Positions 11,961 to 22,385 of a stretch of 64,000 bases of DNA are shown here, piece by piece. The DNA is taken from positions 12,586,001-12,650,000 of the forward strand of contig CDPCPM010000052.1 in the NCBI GenBank assembly GCA_976551045.1. Direction: 5' to 3'. How positions within the stretch are numbered: the first letter of the stretch is position 1; each line of letters starts with the position of its first letter. Origin of the DNA: Glaucostegus cemiculus (lineage: Eukaryota). The notes below the pieces were generated by a model. The model was not told the origin of the DNA, did no database searches, and worked only from the letters and a program-made list of their open reading frames with translations. Both the position numbers and the translations under genes were made by a program.

Positions 11961-13779
11961 GAACACAAGAAAATAGGAGCAGTAGGCCATGTGACCTCTC
12001 AACCTGCTCCACCATTCAATATGATCATTGTCGATTTGCGTTGGTCCCAACTCCTCTTCTGTGCCAGTTCCCTAATCAGTCCAAATTCCTCAATCTTTCA
12101 AATATTTAACTAGCTCCACCATATCTATATCTAATGTTCTGGACTCCACTACCCTCAGGGGCAAGAACTCCAGAGATTTACTACCCGCTGAGAGAAGAAA
12201 TTTCAACACACCTCAGTTTTAAATGACTAGCCTCTTATATTGTAACTGTCCCCTTGTTCATGACCCTCCCACTAGTGAAAACATCTCAACATTTACCCTG
12301 TTAAATTATTAGCAAAGTTCAGTATTCTCAGGTTTGATTTCCAGCATTCATGGTATTTTTATTTGATAATCTCATATAATCATTCTATTTCTCTAATTTC
12401 AACCTTCTCCATACTGACCTGTTGCTTCTTTACTTTCCCAGTATGACCTTCTTTTACCCTCCCCTCTCCAAACCTTTCCTCTGGCCACCCTCCTCCTCAT
12501 TCTCTGCATTTTAAAACCTCCTTAACTTCTCCCAACCTACATCTTGTTCCTCTCTCCACAGACGCTGCCTGACCTCCTGAGCATTTTGTTTTTCTTTCAG
12601 ATTTTTACAATCTGCAGTTTTTGTTCTTGTGGTCTTATATTTCCTTATTTTCAGTTTCTCAATCATTCTTTTCACAAATTCAACAATCCTCCCCATTCCC
12701 AAAGCTTATTATTCTTCCAGAAAAAATAATCTAAATAAAATAAATCTATTATCACCTATTACTTCTCCATAGCCATGGTTGGAACTCTTTGTGGGACTTT
12801 TATACCTCAAAAGAACATTTAATCCTTATAAGTCATACAAGATTTTTTTATATAAATGTTGGCCATTATTTAATTACATTCATACCTTTTATCGTAGAAC
12901 ATAAATGGTATAGCACAGGAACAGGCCCACAATGTTGTGCCAGACTAATTAATCTAATTTTAATCTAATTTCCCAATCTATCCCAGACAATCTATCAGTA
13001 AGTGCAGTGCCCAGGGGTTAAAGCACGAGGATTTACTCCCATCTGGATGGGCAGTGTAAGGGCAGCTTTGCACTCCATTGAACACAAACTGTATCTACCT
13101 CCCAGCTTCTTCAATACAAAACTCACATCCCGCTATCTCACCCTCCCCATCTCTGTAACTTCCACCAGTCCTCCAGAGTGTCTATGTCCCTCCAGCTCTG
13201 GACACTTCCACGATATTAACTGGTCCATCACTGATGCATGTACCTCAAACCGTGTTGGCACAAAACTGGAACACGCCCCCAAATTCTTCATTCTCCACAT
13301 CTCCCTCCTCCTTAAAGCCTACTGCATTGACCAAACATTTCGTCATCTGCACCAGTATCAGTTTTGCTCACAGTCCAGTTTTGACTGATAGTTGTTCCTG
13401 TGGATCCCTGGGGAAGTTGTCTTTCATTAAAGTAACCACATAGATCCAGTGCTCATTGGTGCTTTTATAGATTATTGGATGAGTTTATTTTAAATGGGTT
13501 ACTAAATCCATTGGATATTCATCTTTCAGGAAACCTAGCTAATGAACTAAAAGGTTATGGGTTCGAGTTCCATTCCAGAGACTTGGTCAGTACTGACAGA
13601 ATGCCACAGGGTCAGAATCAGGATCCTGCACAGTTGGAAAGGCAGTACCAATGTAGTGCTGCCTTTATGGTCCGTGCCTGGGGAGTACTGTAGTCAGAGA
13701 GGCTGTGCCCAGGGAGTATTGCATCAGAGGATGAACGGGCTAATCACTACCCCTCCAAAGGGCGAACAGGATAAACATT

Positions 13780-14105
13780 GCCCCCTATATCTGGTGCCTC
13801 AAGAAGGCGGCATCCATCATTAAGGACCCTCACCATCCGGGACATCTCTTCACGTTACTACCATCGGGGAGGAGGTACAGGAGCCTGAAGACCCACACTC
13901 AAAGTTTCAGGAACAACTTCTTCCCCTCTGCTATCAGATTCCTGAACAGTCCACGAACCTATGATCGCTACTTCATTATTCCCTTTTTTTGCACTGTTTA
14001 CTTATTTTGTAATTTATTGTAATTTTTTGTCTTTGCACTGTACTGCTGCCGCAAAACAACAAATTTCACGACATGTAAGTCAGTGGTAATAAACCTGATT
14101 CTGAG
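13780..14105 (+). mobile_element. LINE 3' end (Rex1/L2-like)
   Basis: GGAGGAGGTACAGGAGCCTGAAGACCCACAC..CAGGAACAACTTCTTCCCCTCTGC..AATAAACCTGATTCTGA. Confidence 0.65.
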
Positions 14106-14904
14106 ACGGAAGTGGGTAATGACTGCCCCAAGAGAGTATAGAGGGCAATCAATGCCTCCTGAGGGTGACCTGGGTAATCACTGCCCCAAAGGATGAATGG
14201 GTTAGTCAACACATTTAGTGGAGATAATTACTGTGTCCAGAGAGAATGAGGGGTACTGTCCTATGAATGAGATGCACAATCACTGTCACCAGGCAATGGG
14301 AGAGATAACTTCTGGCTCCAGAGGGAGGGGTATTTACTGACCCTCAAGGGAGTGAGTAGGATTCTTGTTGACTGGTGATGTGAGATAAACATGTTCTGTA
14401 AATGTCAGACTCCCAGGACCAGATACAAGAAGCAGACACTTTGCTCCCTATTTCAGCAGCCCTCTAAAATCAATATATTAATTACACAGAGGCACTGGGC
14501 AGTTCAATAGATGTGAGTGTGATTATTTTACAAAAAACTGGTTGTAGCAAATCACATCTTAATAACCCATTATTCCTCCTGTATATTATTCACAGACTGG
14601 AATTAAATTCTTTGTGAAGTGTGAAGTGATCAGGTCCAATTATACCCACGAAATTGACAATCTTCTTAACAAAAATGGTGACTGTTCAGGAGCCTTGGCA
14701 GCCTTTGTGTTCTGTGAGAAAGCTTTTCCCGATATCCGAGGCTGAAGGAAGTTTTCAGGGCCACAGAGAACAAGCAGGGAAATGGGATGAATGTGTCACA
14801 GTCACCCAGCACCAAATGGCCTTCTGCCGTGCTGTCTGATCATATGGTTCTATCATCTGAAATGTGACAGAGCTCACAGAAGTCAGCAAGGCAGTGCTGA
14901 AAGA

Positions 14905-15252
14905 GTGCTGCACATCAGAGGGGCAGTACTGAGGGAGTGCCGCACCGTCAGAGGGGCAGTACTGAGGGAGTGCCGCACCGTCAGAGGGGCAGTACTGAGG
15001 GAGTGCTGCACATCAGAGGGGCAGTACTGAGGGAGTGCCGCACCGTCAGAGGGGCAGTACTGAGGGAGTGCTGCACTGTCAGAGGGGCAGTACTGAGGGA
15101 GTGCTGCACCGTCAGAGGGGCAGTACCGAGGGAGTGCTGCACCGTCAGAGGGGCAGTACTGAGGGAGTGCTGCACTGTCAGAGGGGCAGTACTGAGGGAG
15201 TGCTGCACCGTCAGAGGGGCAGTACTGAGGGAGTGCTGCACCGTCAGAGGGG
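14905..15252. repeat. 33-bp minisatellite GTCAGAGGGGCAGTACTGAGGGAGTGCTGCACC, about 10 copies
   Basis: Read directly; produces 11-aa repeats in the ORF track. Confidence 0.97.
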
Positions 15253-15729
15253 CCCATTCTTACTAATCAAAAATCTGTTGACCCACCTGTCCTCTGAGAT
15301 GGTCAAGCCGTTCAAACAGAATTAAAGATGTGCAAAAATGGATTCCTACTTGCCAGGGATTCCAACTTTACATAAATGAATCCATAGTAGTGTTAAAGGC
15401 CATTGTAAGAGAAGGGAGTGCTCGTATTGACCTTGTGTGTACATGAACTCTCCGCAGTTTTGGTGGATGGCCAATGTTTCTTCACCCACACTTTTGGCCA
15501 AAGGTCCTGCCCTCCACGGCTTTGGCTCTTGCTAACATTCCCGGTCCTGCCCCCAGATTATGCCCAAAGTTTTCATAACTTAAGTAACATTTCCATTTCA
15601 GAACTGTAAGCACAATTTCCAATTTAGTGCTCAACCCAAAATTGCCAGAGTATATTCAACTCTTGGGAGGTTATCAACGAATGTATTAACCTACAGAATG
15701 GACATTGAATTAGAAAATGAACCTTAACA

Positions 15730-17090
15730 AAGTTCAAGGTATTGTACTTTAATGTGAAAGATAATGAGGTCACATCTTATTGAAAAATAAGAATCCAGCA
15801 GAGTGTGGAGAAACAAAGGGATTTGGGAGTACAAATCACTACAAGTACTGCTGCAGATTATTAAGTTTTAATAAAATACAAACCACAGAATTTATTTCCA
15901 GAGGTACAGGACTTAAAAGTTATGCTGAATTCTTGTAGGAAACCTTGTGAAAATCATTTTGGAGAATGTTCTGGTTAGCACATCATTCAAAGGATATATG
16001 ACACTGAAGATTTACAAGCAAGATATTACCTTTGGTGTTACACTGACTGAGAAAGGATGAACAATCTGGGTCTCTTTTCTCTAGAAAACTGAAGGCTGAT
16101 TTGTGCCTTAATACAGATCCCTGTTATGAAAGGTTTTGATGGAGTTTTCACTTTCCACAAGAGACCATCAACAGAAAATAACTGGCAAGGCAGAGAACAG
16201 GGAATTCATGGAAAAAAAAACTTACTTACCAAGAAAATGGTGAGAGTATGAAACTTGCTCCCAAAGGGAATATTGGAATTGAATGATACACATACAGTTA
16301 TGGGAAAGCTAGATCAGCACATTAGGGCAAGGGGAGTGGAGTTACTCTGGCACAGTTAGATGAGGAGGAAGCTCGAGTGGAGAATAAACACTGGCACGGA
16401 CTGGTTAGTAGAAAGGACCAATTTCTGCGCTGTTTTCTAAGTAATTGTGGAATTCATGTTAACAGCAAAGTTCGATTTTCAGACTAGGGGTCCCTGTGTA
16501 GAGACTTGAGAGGTTCCTCATTGAACTGAAGGGGGTTTAGAGTACCATTGTGAATTGGAAGGGGATTGTGGATGTTGAACAGACAGTGCACATGATTGAA
16601 CTAATTTCGATTGTACTTCGAGCCTGTTTTTCAGGTTTGTATGTTTGAGAAGTTTCATGTGGAAGTTTTGCTAAATGGTTGTTATGTACAAATGTCTGTG
16701 CTTGAATATATTTTTGCTTTTAATTTCTAATCTCATCCTGAAATGACACACCCTTCTCTGGAAAAGGGAAGGCTGACAGGTGACCTAGTGAAGGTCTTTC
16801 AAGCTGTGAAGGGGTTTCAATAGACTGGTTATGGAAAACATGCTTCCATTTGTGGGGGCATCAAGGGCACAGGGCCATGAATACAAGACAGACATTGGTG
16901 AATCCAAGAGGAAATTCAGGGGAGGAGATGGAATGTGGAACTTGCTGTTACTGTGAGACACAGAACTGGAACTGGAGATTCATTCCGATAAATACATGTG
17001 GGATAAAAGTAGATTGAGAGCATTGGATGAAGATAGGAGCAGATGGGTTGAACGGCCTGGCTCTGTGCTCTAACTCGTATGTGATTCTAT
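15730..17090 (+). mobile_element. Old CR1 LINE 3' fragments (at least two)
   Basis: TTTTCTCTAGAAAACTGAAGGCTGA and CTGGAAAAGGGAAGGCTGACAGGTGACCT motifs plus CR1-like tails. Confidence 0.55.
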
Positions 17091-17341
17091 TTAAAACAAG
17101 GCAATTTAACAGCTTCAGAAACAGAAACTGACACATCCCAGAAATAACCGCAACTTCTGCATAAGGCACAGAGGCATCTCACAATTGTTGTGGTTCAGTT
17201 TTCCAACATATCCATGGCGGAATGTTATAGTTATCCTGGAGCTTTAGAACAGGTGTGACATTGTGCATCGAGCCTGGAGCTGAGGGTGGGAATGAGCTGG
17301 AGATCAACACTCAGTCAGCACCAACACTGTACAGGGTAATC

Positions 17342-17695
17342 ATGGCACAGTGGCGCAGCAAGCAGAGACGCTGCCTCACAGCTCCAGCGACCCGGGTTCA
17401 ATCCTGACTCTGGGCACTGTCTGTATGGAGTTTTCATGTTCTCCCTGCAAGTCTGGCCGCTCTGGTTTCTTCTCACATCCCAAAGATGATGTACTGGTTG
17501 GTGGGTTAATTGGCAACTGTAAATTGCTCTGAATGTTTAGGTGACTGGTAGAATCTGGGGGGGGGGGGGGAGGGGGTGGACGCAGAATAAAATGGGACTA
17601 GTGTAGGATTAGTATAACTGGGTGAGTGATGAGTGATGGTTGCTGCAGAGCCACTGGTCTGAAGAGATCGTTTCTGTGCTGTATGATCTGTGACC
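17342..17695 (+). mobile_element. tRNA-derived V-SINE (HE1-like), near full length
   Basis: A box TGGCGCAGC, B box GGTTCAATCC, V-like core (ATGTTCTCCC..CTCTGGTTTCTTCTCACATCCCAAAGA), CR1-like tail GTTTCTGTGCTGTATGATCT. Confidence 0.8.
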
Positions 17696-18134
17696 AACAA
17701 AATACTTGTTAAAGGAAAGATGTCTTATTGTTTTGTTTTAGATTCAATTGCTGTGCCCAAAGTGGCCACTGCATTCGACTGTGTATTGACAGGCACCGCA
17801 CTGCTGATAATCAGAGTACAGCAACTATTACGGGAGGTTGTTGAGAGGACTGACACGGTGCTTTGTAGCTTTTAGCTCATTCTCTGCTTATGTAACAGGT
17901 CCCAGTTGAGGCATTCTCCTGACCTCAATATTCAGAGAGGCTCTCTATCTGCACCAGCATCTCCTGGGCTGGCATCAGCTGACTGTCACCGGAATCTGCT
18001 CTGCTGCAGACTCAGTAGCTCATTATTTTTACCAGCTTCTTCTCCTAGAAGATATAGGAGACCAGCCCTGACCACTGTACCATTGAGGCCGATGCATGTA
18101 ATCAATCCCCTTACTAATCATTATGCACAACTGA

Positions 18135-18440
18135 ACATGCTGGAAAAACTCAGCCGGTCAGACAGCATCTGTGGAAAGAGGAACAGGTAACTTATACAGT
18201 CTGGGATCCTTCATCAGTAACACACCAGCTCTCAGACTCATCCTCATAACTCCCTCTGGACCGTGACCCTACCATTGAATGTCAGGTCACTGTCTCCAAC
18301 ATAGTCACAGACTTCTGATGACGGTCCCAGGCCTGAAGGGTTAACTACTTCTCCTTCCAAGGATGCTGCCTGACCTGCTGAGTGTTAACCTGCATTTGCT
18401 GCTGTAATTCAAGTTTCCAGCATCTGCAACTTCTTTGGTT
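18135..18440. mobile_element. Penelope-derived palindromic element with inverted arms
   Basis: TGCTGGAAAAACTCAGCCGGTCAGACAGCATC faces GATGCTGCCTGACCTGCTGAGT; each arm carries CTGATGA. Confidence 0.6.
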
Positions 18441-18784
18441 TTCATGGGCTAAATCACAAGGGTGGACATTTTGTGCGCCTTCTTACATTTAAAGGGTTTA
18501 ACCCTCTGTGTTAAACTGCAAGCAAAGTAAACATGATTATTTGAAGCAACATGGCACAAAAACAGAATGCAGATTGAAGGTGTTAATTTTATAGCACTTC
18601 ACTCTCCTTCAGAACACTTCAAAGTGCTTTACAACTAACAAGGAAGTTCATGAGGTTTACAACTAACAAGGAAGTTCATGAGGTGCAGTCACTGTTGTAA
18701 TGTAGTAAATGTGGCAGGTAACTTGCTCACTGCTAGACAGCCAAGCAGCAATCAGGTAAATGGCCAGGTCTCTAGATTTAATGA

Positions 18785-18945
18785 AATAAAAACAGAAAAT
18801 GCTGGAAACCCTCAGCAGGTGAGACAATGACCTGAAATGTTAACTCTGTTTCTCTTTCCACAGATGCTGCTTGACCTGCTGAGTGTTTCCAGCATTTTCT
18901 GGTTTTATTTCAGATTTCCAGCACCTGTAGGATTTTTGACTTTCA
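18785..18945. mobile_element. Short palindromic (MITE-like) element of the same family
   Basis: AATAAAAACAGAAAATGCTGGAAACCCTCAGCAGG pairs with CCTGCTGAGTGTTTCCAGCATTTTCTGGTTTTATT. Confidence 0.7.
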
Positions 18946-18951
18946 GATACA

Positions 18952-19232
18952 ATAGATAAGATCTTTATTAGTCACATGTACATTGAAACACACAGCGAGT
19001 TGCAATTTTTGCGTAGTGTTCTGGGGGGGGCAGCCTGCAAGTGTCACCACTTGCATGCCCACAACTTCCTAACCTGTACGTCTTTGAAATGTGCGAGGAA
19101 ACCGGAGCACCCGGAGGAAACTCATGCAGACACGGGGAGAATGTACAAACTCCTTACAAACAGCGGCCAGAATTGAACCCGGGTCTCTGGCGCTGTAAAG
19201 CGTTATGCTAACTGCTACACTACCATGCCTGC
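18952..19232 (-). mobile_element. tRNA-derived V-SINE with a non-CR1 tail, near full length
   Basis: B box GGTTCAATTC, V core CCTCCGGGTGCTCCGGTTTCCTC, tail ACATGTGACTAATAAAGATCTTATCT; tail copy at 59545-59695. Confidence 0.75.
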
Positions 19233-19289
19233 CCATCTCCATCTCCAGTGCCAGTGATCCTGGTTGAAGATAAACGTGCGCCGGGACAC

Positions 19290-19770
19290 CAGACATGGGA
19301 TGTAGAAAAGATTCAAAGGATGTTGCTGGGGCTGGAGGGCTTGAGTTATAAGGAGACTGGATGGTTGGGTCTGTTTTCCCTGGAGTGTAGGAGGCTGAGA
19401 GGTGATCTTCCAGACGTATATAAAAAATCTTGAGGGGCACAGATAAGGTGAAAGGTCACAGTCTTTTCCCCAGGGTAGGGGAGTCTAAAACTAGAGACCA
19501 TCAGTTTAAGGTGAGAGGGGAAAAGTTTAGAGGGGCACTGAGGGGCTACTTTTCCACACAGAGAATAGGGGGGTGTATGGAACAAGCTGAAGACGGAGGC
19601 TGTAAAGGCAGGTAAAATTACATTTAAAAGACATTTAGACAGGTACTTGAATAGGAAGGGTTGAGAGGAATATGGGCCAAACACAGGCAAATGGGATGAG
19701 ATCAGGTAGGCACCTTGGTGGGCGTGGATGACTTGGGCCAAAGGGCTGGTTTCCGTGCTATATAACTCTA
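19290..19770 (+). mobile_element. CR1 LINE 3' end
   Basis: IQRMLLGLEGLSYKE..LGLFSLECRRLRGDL (CR1 ORF2 end) and tail GGTTTCCGTGCTATATAACTCTA. Confidence 0.85.
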
Positions 19771-19959
19771 CAACACCAGGACAAGTTGCTGTCTCTTCAA
19801 CATAGTACCCTGTGATGTTTTATATCCACCTGCGAGGACAGGGAGGGTCTTGCTAAATGTCCCATAGCAATGATGGCATTTCTAATGGTGCCTCACTCTC
19901 TCAGCTTTCCCTGGGAGTTTCAGCCTGGATTTTACACAAGCTTCTTGTACAAATACTAG

Positions 19960-20172
19960 TAGAGCTGCTGCCTCACTCTGCCAGAGATCCAGGTTCGATC
20001 CTGACCTCGGGTGCTCCCTGTGTGTAGGTGAGTGGTAGAATCCGGGGGCGGGGAGATAAGAATGTGAGAATAAAATAATGGAGTTAATATAGGACATGTG
20101 TAAATGGGTGTTTGATGGTCGGCATGGACTCAGTGGGCTGAAGGGCCTGTTTCTGCCCTGTACACCTCTATG
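19960..20172 (+). mobile_element. Internally deleted HE1-like SINE
   Basis: GCTGCCTCAC..GGTTCGATCC head joined directly to the tail GGGCTGAAGGGCCTGTTTCTG. Confidence 0.7.
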
Positions 20173-21359
20173 ATTCTCCCGAGTGCTGCGTGACTCAGAG
20201 CTGAGACTGTGATCAGGACTGAGATGAGGAGTTTCTTTAAAGGTCTTTTAAAGGTCTGACCCTGCTGAATAAAAGACAAAAGGTATCTCAGCAGAAAAGC
20301 CCTCCAGCTCACTGATGGCAGGAGAAGGGACCAGCTCCTGCTGGGAGCTCCAGGGTACAGTCCAAGGTCCACCCCAAGGTCCACCCGAGGCCTCACTCAA
20401 CATTAAGATGAGTACTCAGGATCACCAGAATGATACTTGGGTAAAACCGATAAATTATGAGAATGTTCTGAATTGACCAGGTGAGTGTTTCTTTGAGTGT
20501 AGGTGCCCAAGGAGTGATGGAACTGAAGTGTTTAAAATGATTGAGGGACTTGTTAGGATAAATACAGATAGACCTGTTGGAGTCCAGAACAAGGGGGAAG
20601 AGCAGCATTATAGCTGGGCCACACAGGTTCAGCATCATTAAGTAGGGCAATCTGGAGGTCTCTCTACCAGGAGTGCGGGGAATTAATTTATTTCCTGTTT
20701 GGTGAAAGATTTAAAGGTGAGGAAACAGGAAACCAAGACTGGGGCTGGAGATCATCCATTGTCTGACTGGATGGTGGCACGGATCAGATGGGCTGAGTGG
20801 CCTCTTCCTTCTCCGCTCTTCCCTGCCTGCCCAAACAGCCCTTTTCAATTTCCTCAGCAGCACACACCATGGGACCAAGAAACAAACATTATCCTTCCAT
20901 CTGCCTTGTTGTTCTTTTGCAATCTGTCCCGCATTCCCTGCGGAGTTTTCCCTGCACGGGTTTGTGTGTTCATCTGGAGGTGGAGGAAGGGTCCGGTGTT
21001 TTCAGCTGGCCGCAGTCAGACCACCCCCCACTTCATCACTTCATGCCTCCAGAAGAAAGATTAAAATCTAACACAGCGCCACTGTTGCTATGGTTACCAC
21101 CCTCCTCAATTACATCTCCCTTCTTGGGAAACCTGATGTCAAATTAATTCATCTTTATCCCTCCACCTCAGGGTGGGGACAAGTTCTGGGAGGTAAAAAA
21201 AATCAGATTATTATTAATATTTAATGGAAAATTAGCTTAGATTCACAAGGGATCAGCCAGCAGACAGACTTATTATTAACTCATTGCTGCAATTGGTCTA
21301 AACATACCATGAGGGCACAGGATCCCGTTCCTCAGTGTCAGTGCCCACAGAACCTGTAC

Positions 21360-22385
21360 TCCAGTGAGGGTCAGCGTGTGTGGGACCTGCCCCCCAGTGA
21401 GGGTCAGCGTGTGTGGGACCTGCCCCCCCAGTGAGGGTCAGTGTGTGTGGGACCCATCCCCCCGTGAGGGTCAGTGTGTGTGGGACCCATCCCCCAAGTG
21501 AGGATGTGTGTGTGTAGAACCTGTCCCTCACTGAGGGTTAATGTGTGTGGGGCTCATCCCCCAGTGAGGGTCAGTGTGTGTGGGGCTCATCCCCCAGTGA
21601 GGGTCAGTGTGTGTGGGGCTCGTCCCCCAGTGAGGGTCAGTGTGTGTGTAGAACCCATCCCTCATTGGGGGTCAGTGTGTGTGGGGCTCGTCCCCCAGTG
21701 AGGGTCAGTGTGTGTGTAGAACCCATCCCTCATTGGGGGTCAGTGTGTGTGGGGCTCATCCCTCAGTGAGGATCAGTGTGTGTGGGACCCATCTCCCAGT
21801 GAGGGTTGGTGTGTGTGGGACCCGTCCCCCAGTGAGGGTCAGTGTGTGTGAGACCCGTCCCCCAGTGAGGGTCAGTGTGTGTGAGACCCGTCCCCCAGTG
21901 AGGGTCAGTGTGTGTGGGGCTCATCCCCCAGTGAGGGTCAGTGTGTGTGGGGCTCGTCCCCCAGTGAGGGTCAGTGTGTGTGTAGAACCCATCCCTCATT
22001 GGGGGTCAGTGTGTGTGGGGCTCGTCCCCCAGTGAGGGTCAGTGTGTGTGTAGAACCCATCCCTCATTGGGGGTCAGTGTGTGTGGGGCTCATCCCTCAG
22101 TGAGGATCAGTGTGTGTGGGACCCATCTCCCAGTGAGGGTCGGTGTGTGTGGGACCCGTCCCCCAGTGAGGGTCAGTGTGTGCAGGACCTGTCCCCCAGT
22201 GAGGGTCGGTGTGTGTGGGACCCATCCCCCAGTGAGGGTCAGTGTGTGTGGGACCTGTCCCCCAGTGAGGGTCAGTGTGTGTGAGACCCGTCCCCCAGTG
22301 AGGGTCGGTGTGTGTGGGACCCGTCCCCCAGTGAGGGTCAGTGTGTGCAGGACCTGTCCCCCAGTGAGGGTCGGTGTGTGTGGAA
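21360..22385 (+). repeat. 33-35-bp minisatellite CCCCAGTGAGGGTCAGTGTGTGTGGGACCCGTC, about 30 copies, with a 334-bp higher-order duplication
   Basis: Read directly; identical ORF starts at 21679 and 22013. Confidence 0.96.

Noticed and set aside
17342-17420. tRNA gene
   Set aside because: A and B boxes run straight into a SINE body and tail; no cloverleaf or terminator is evident.
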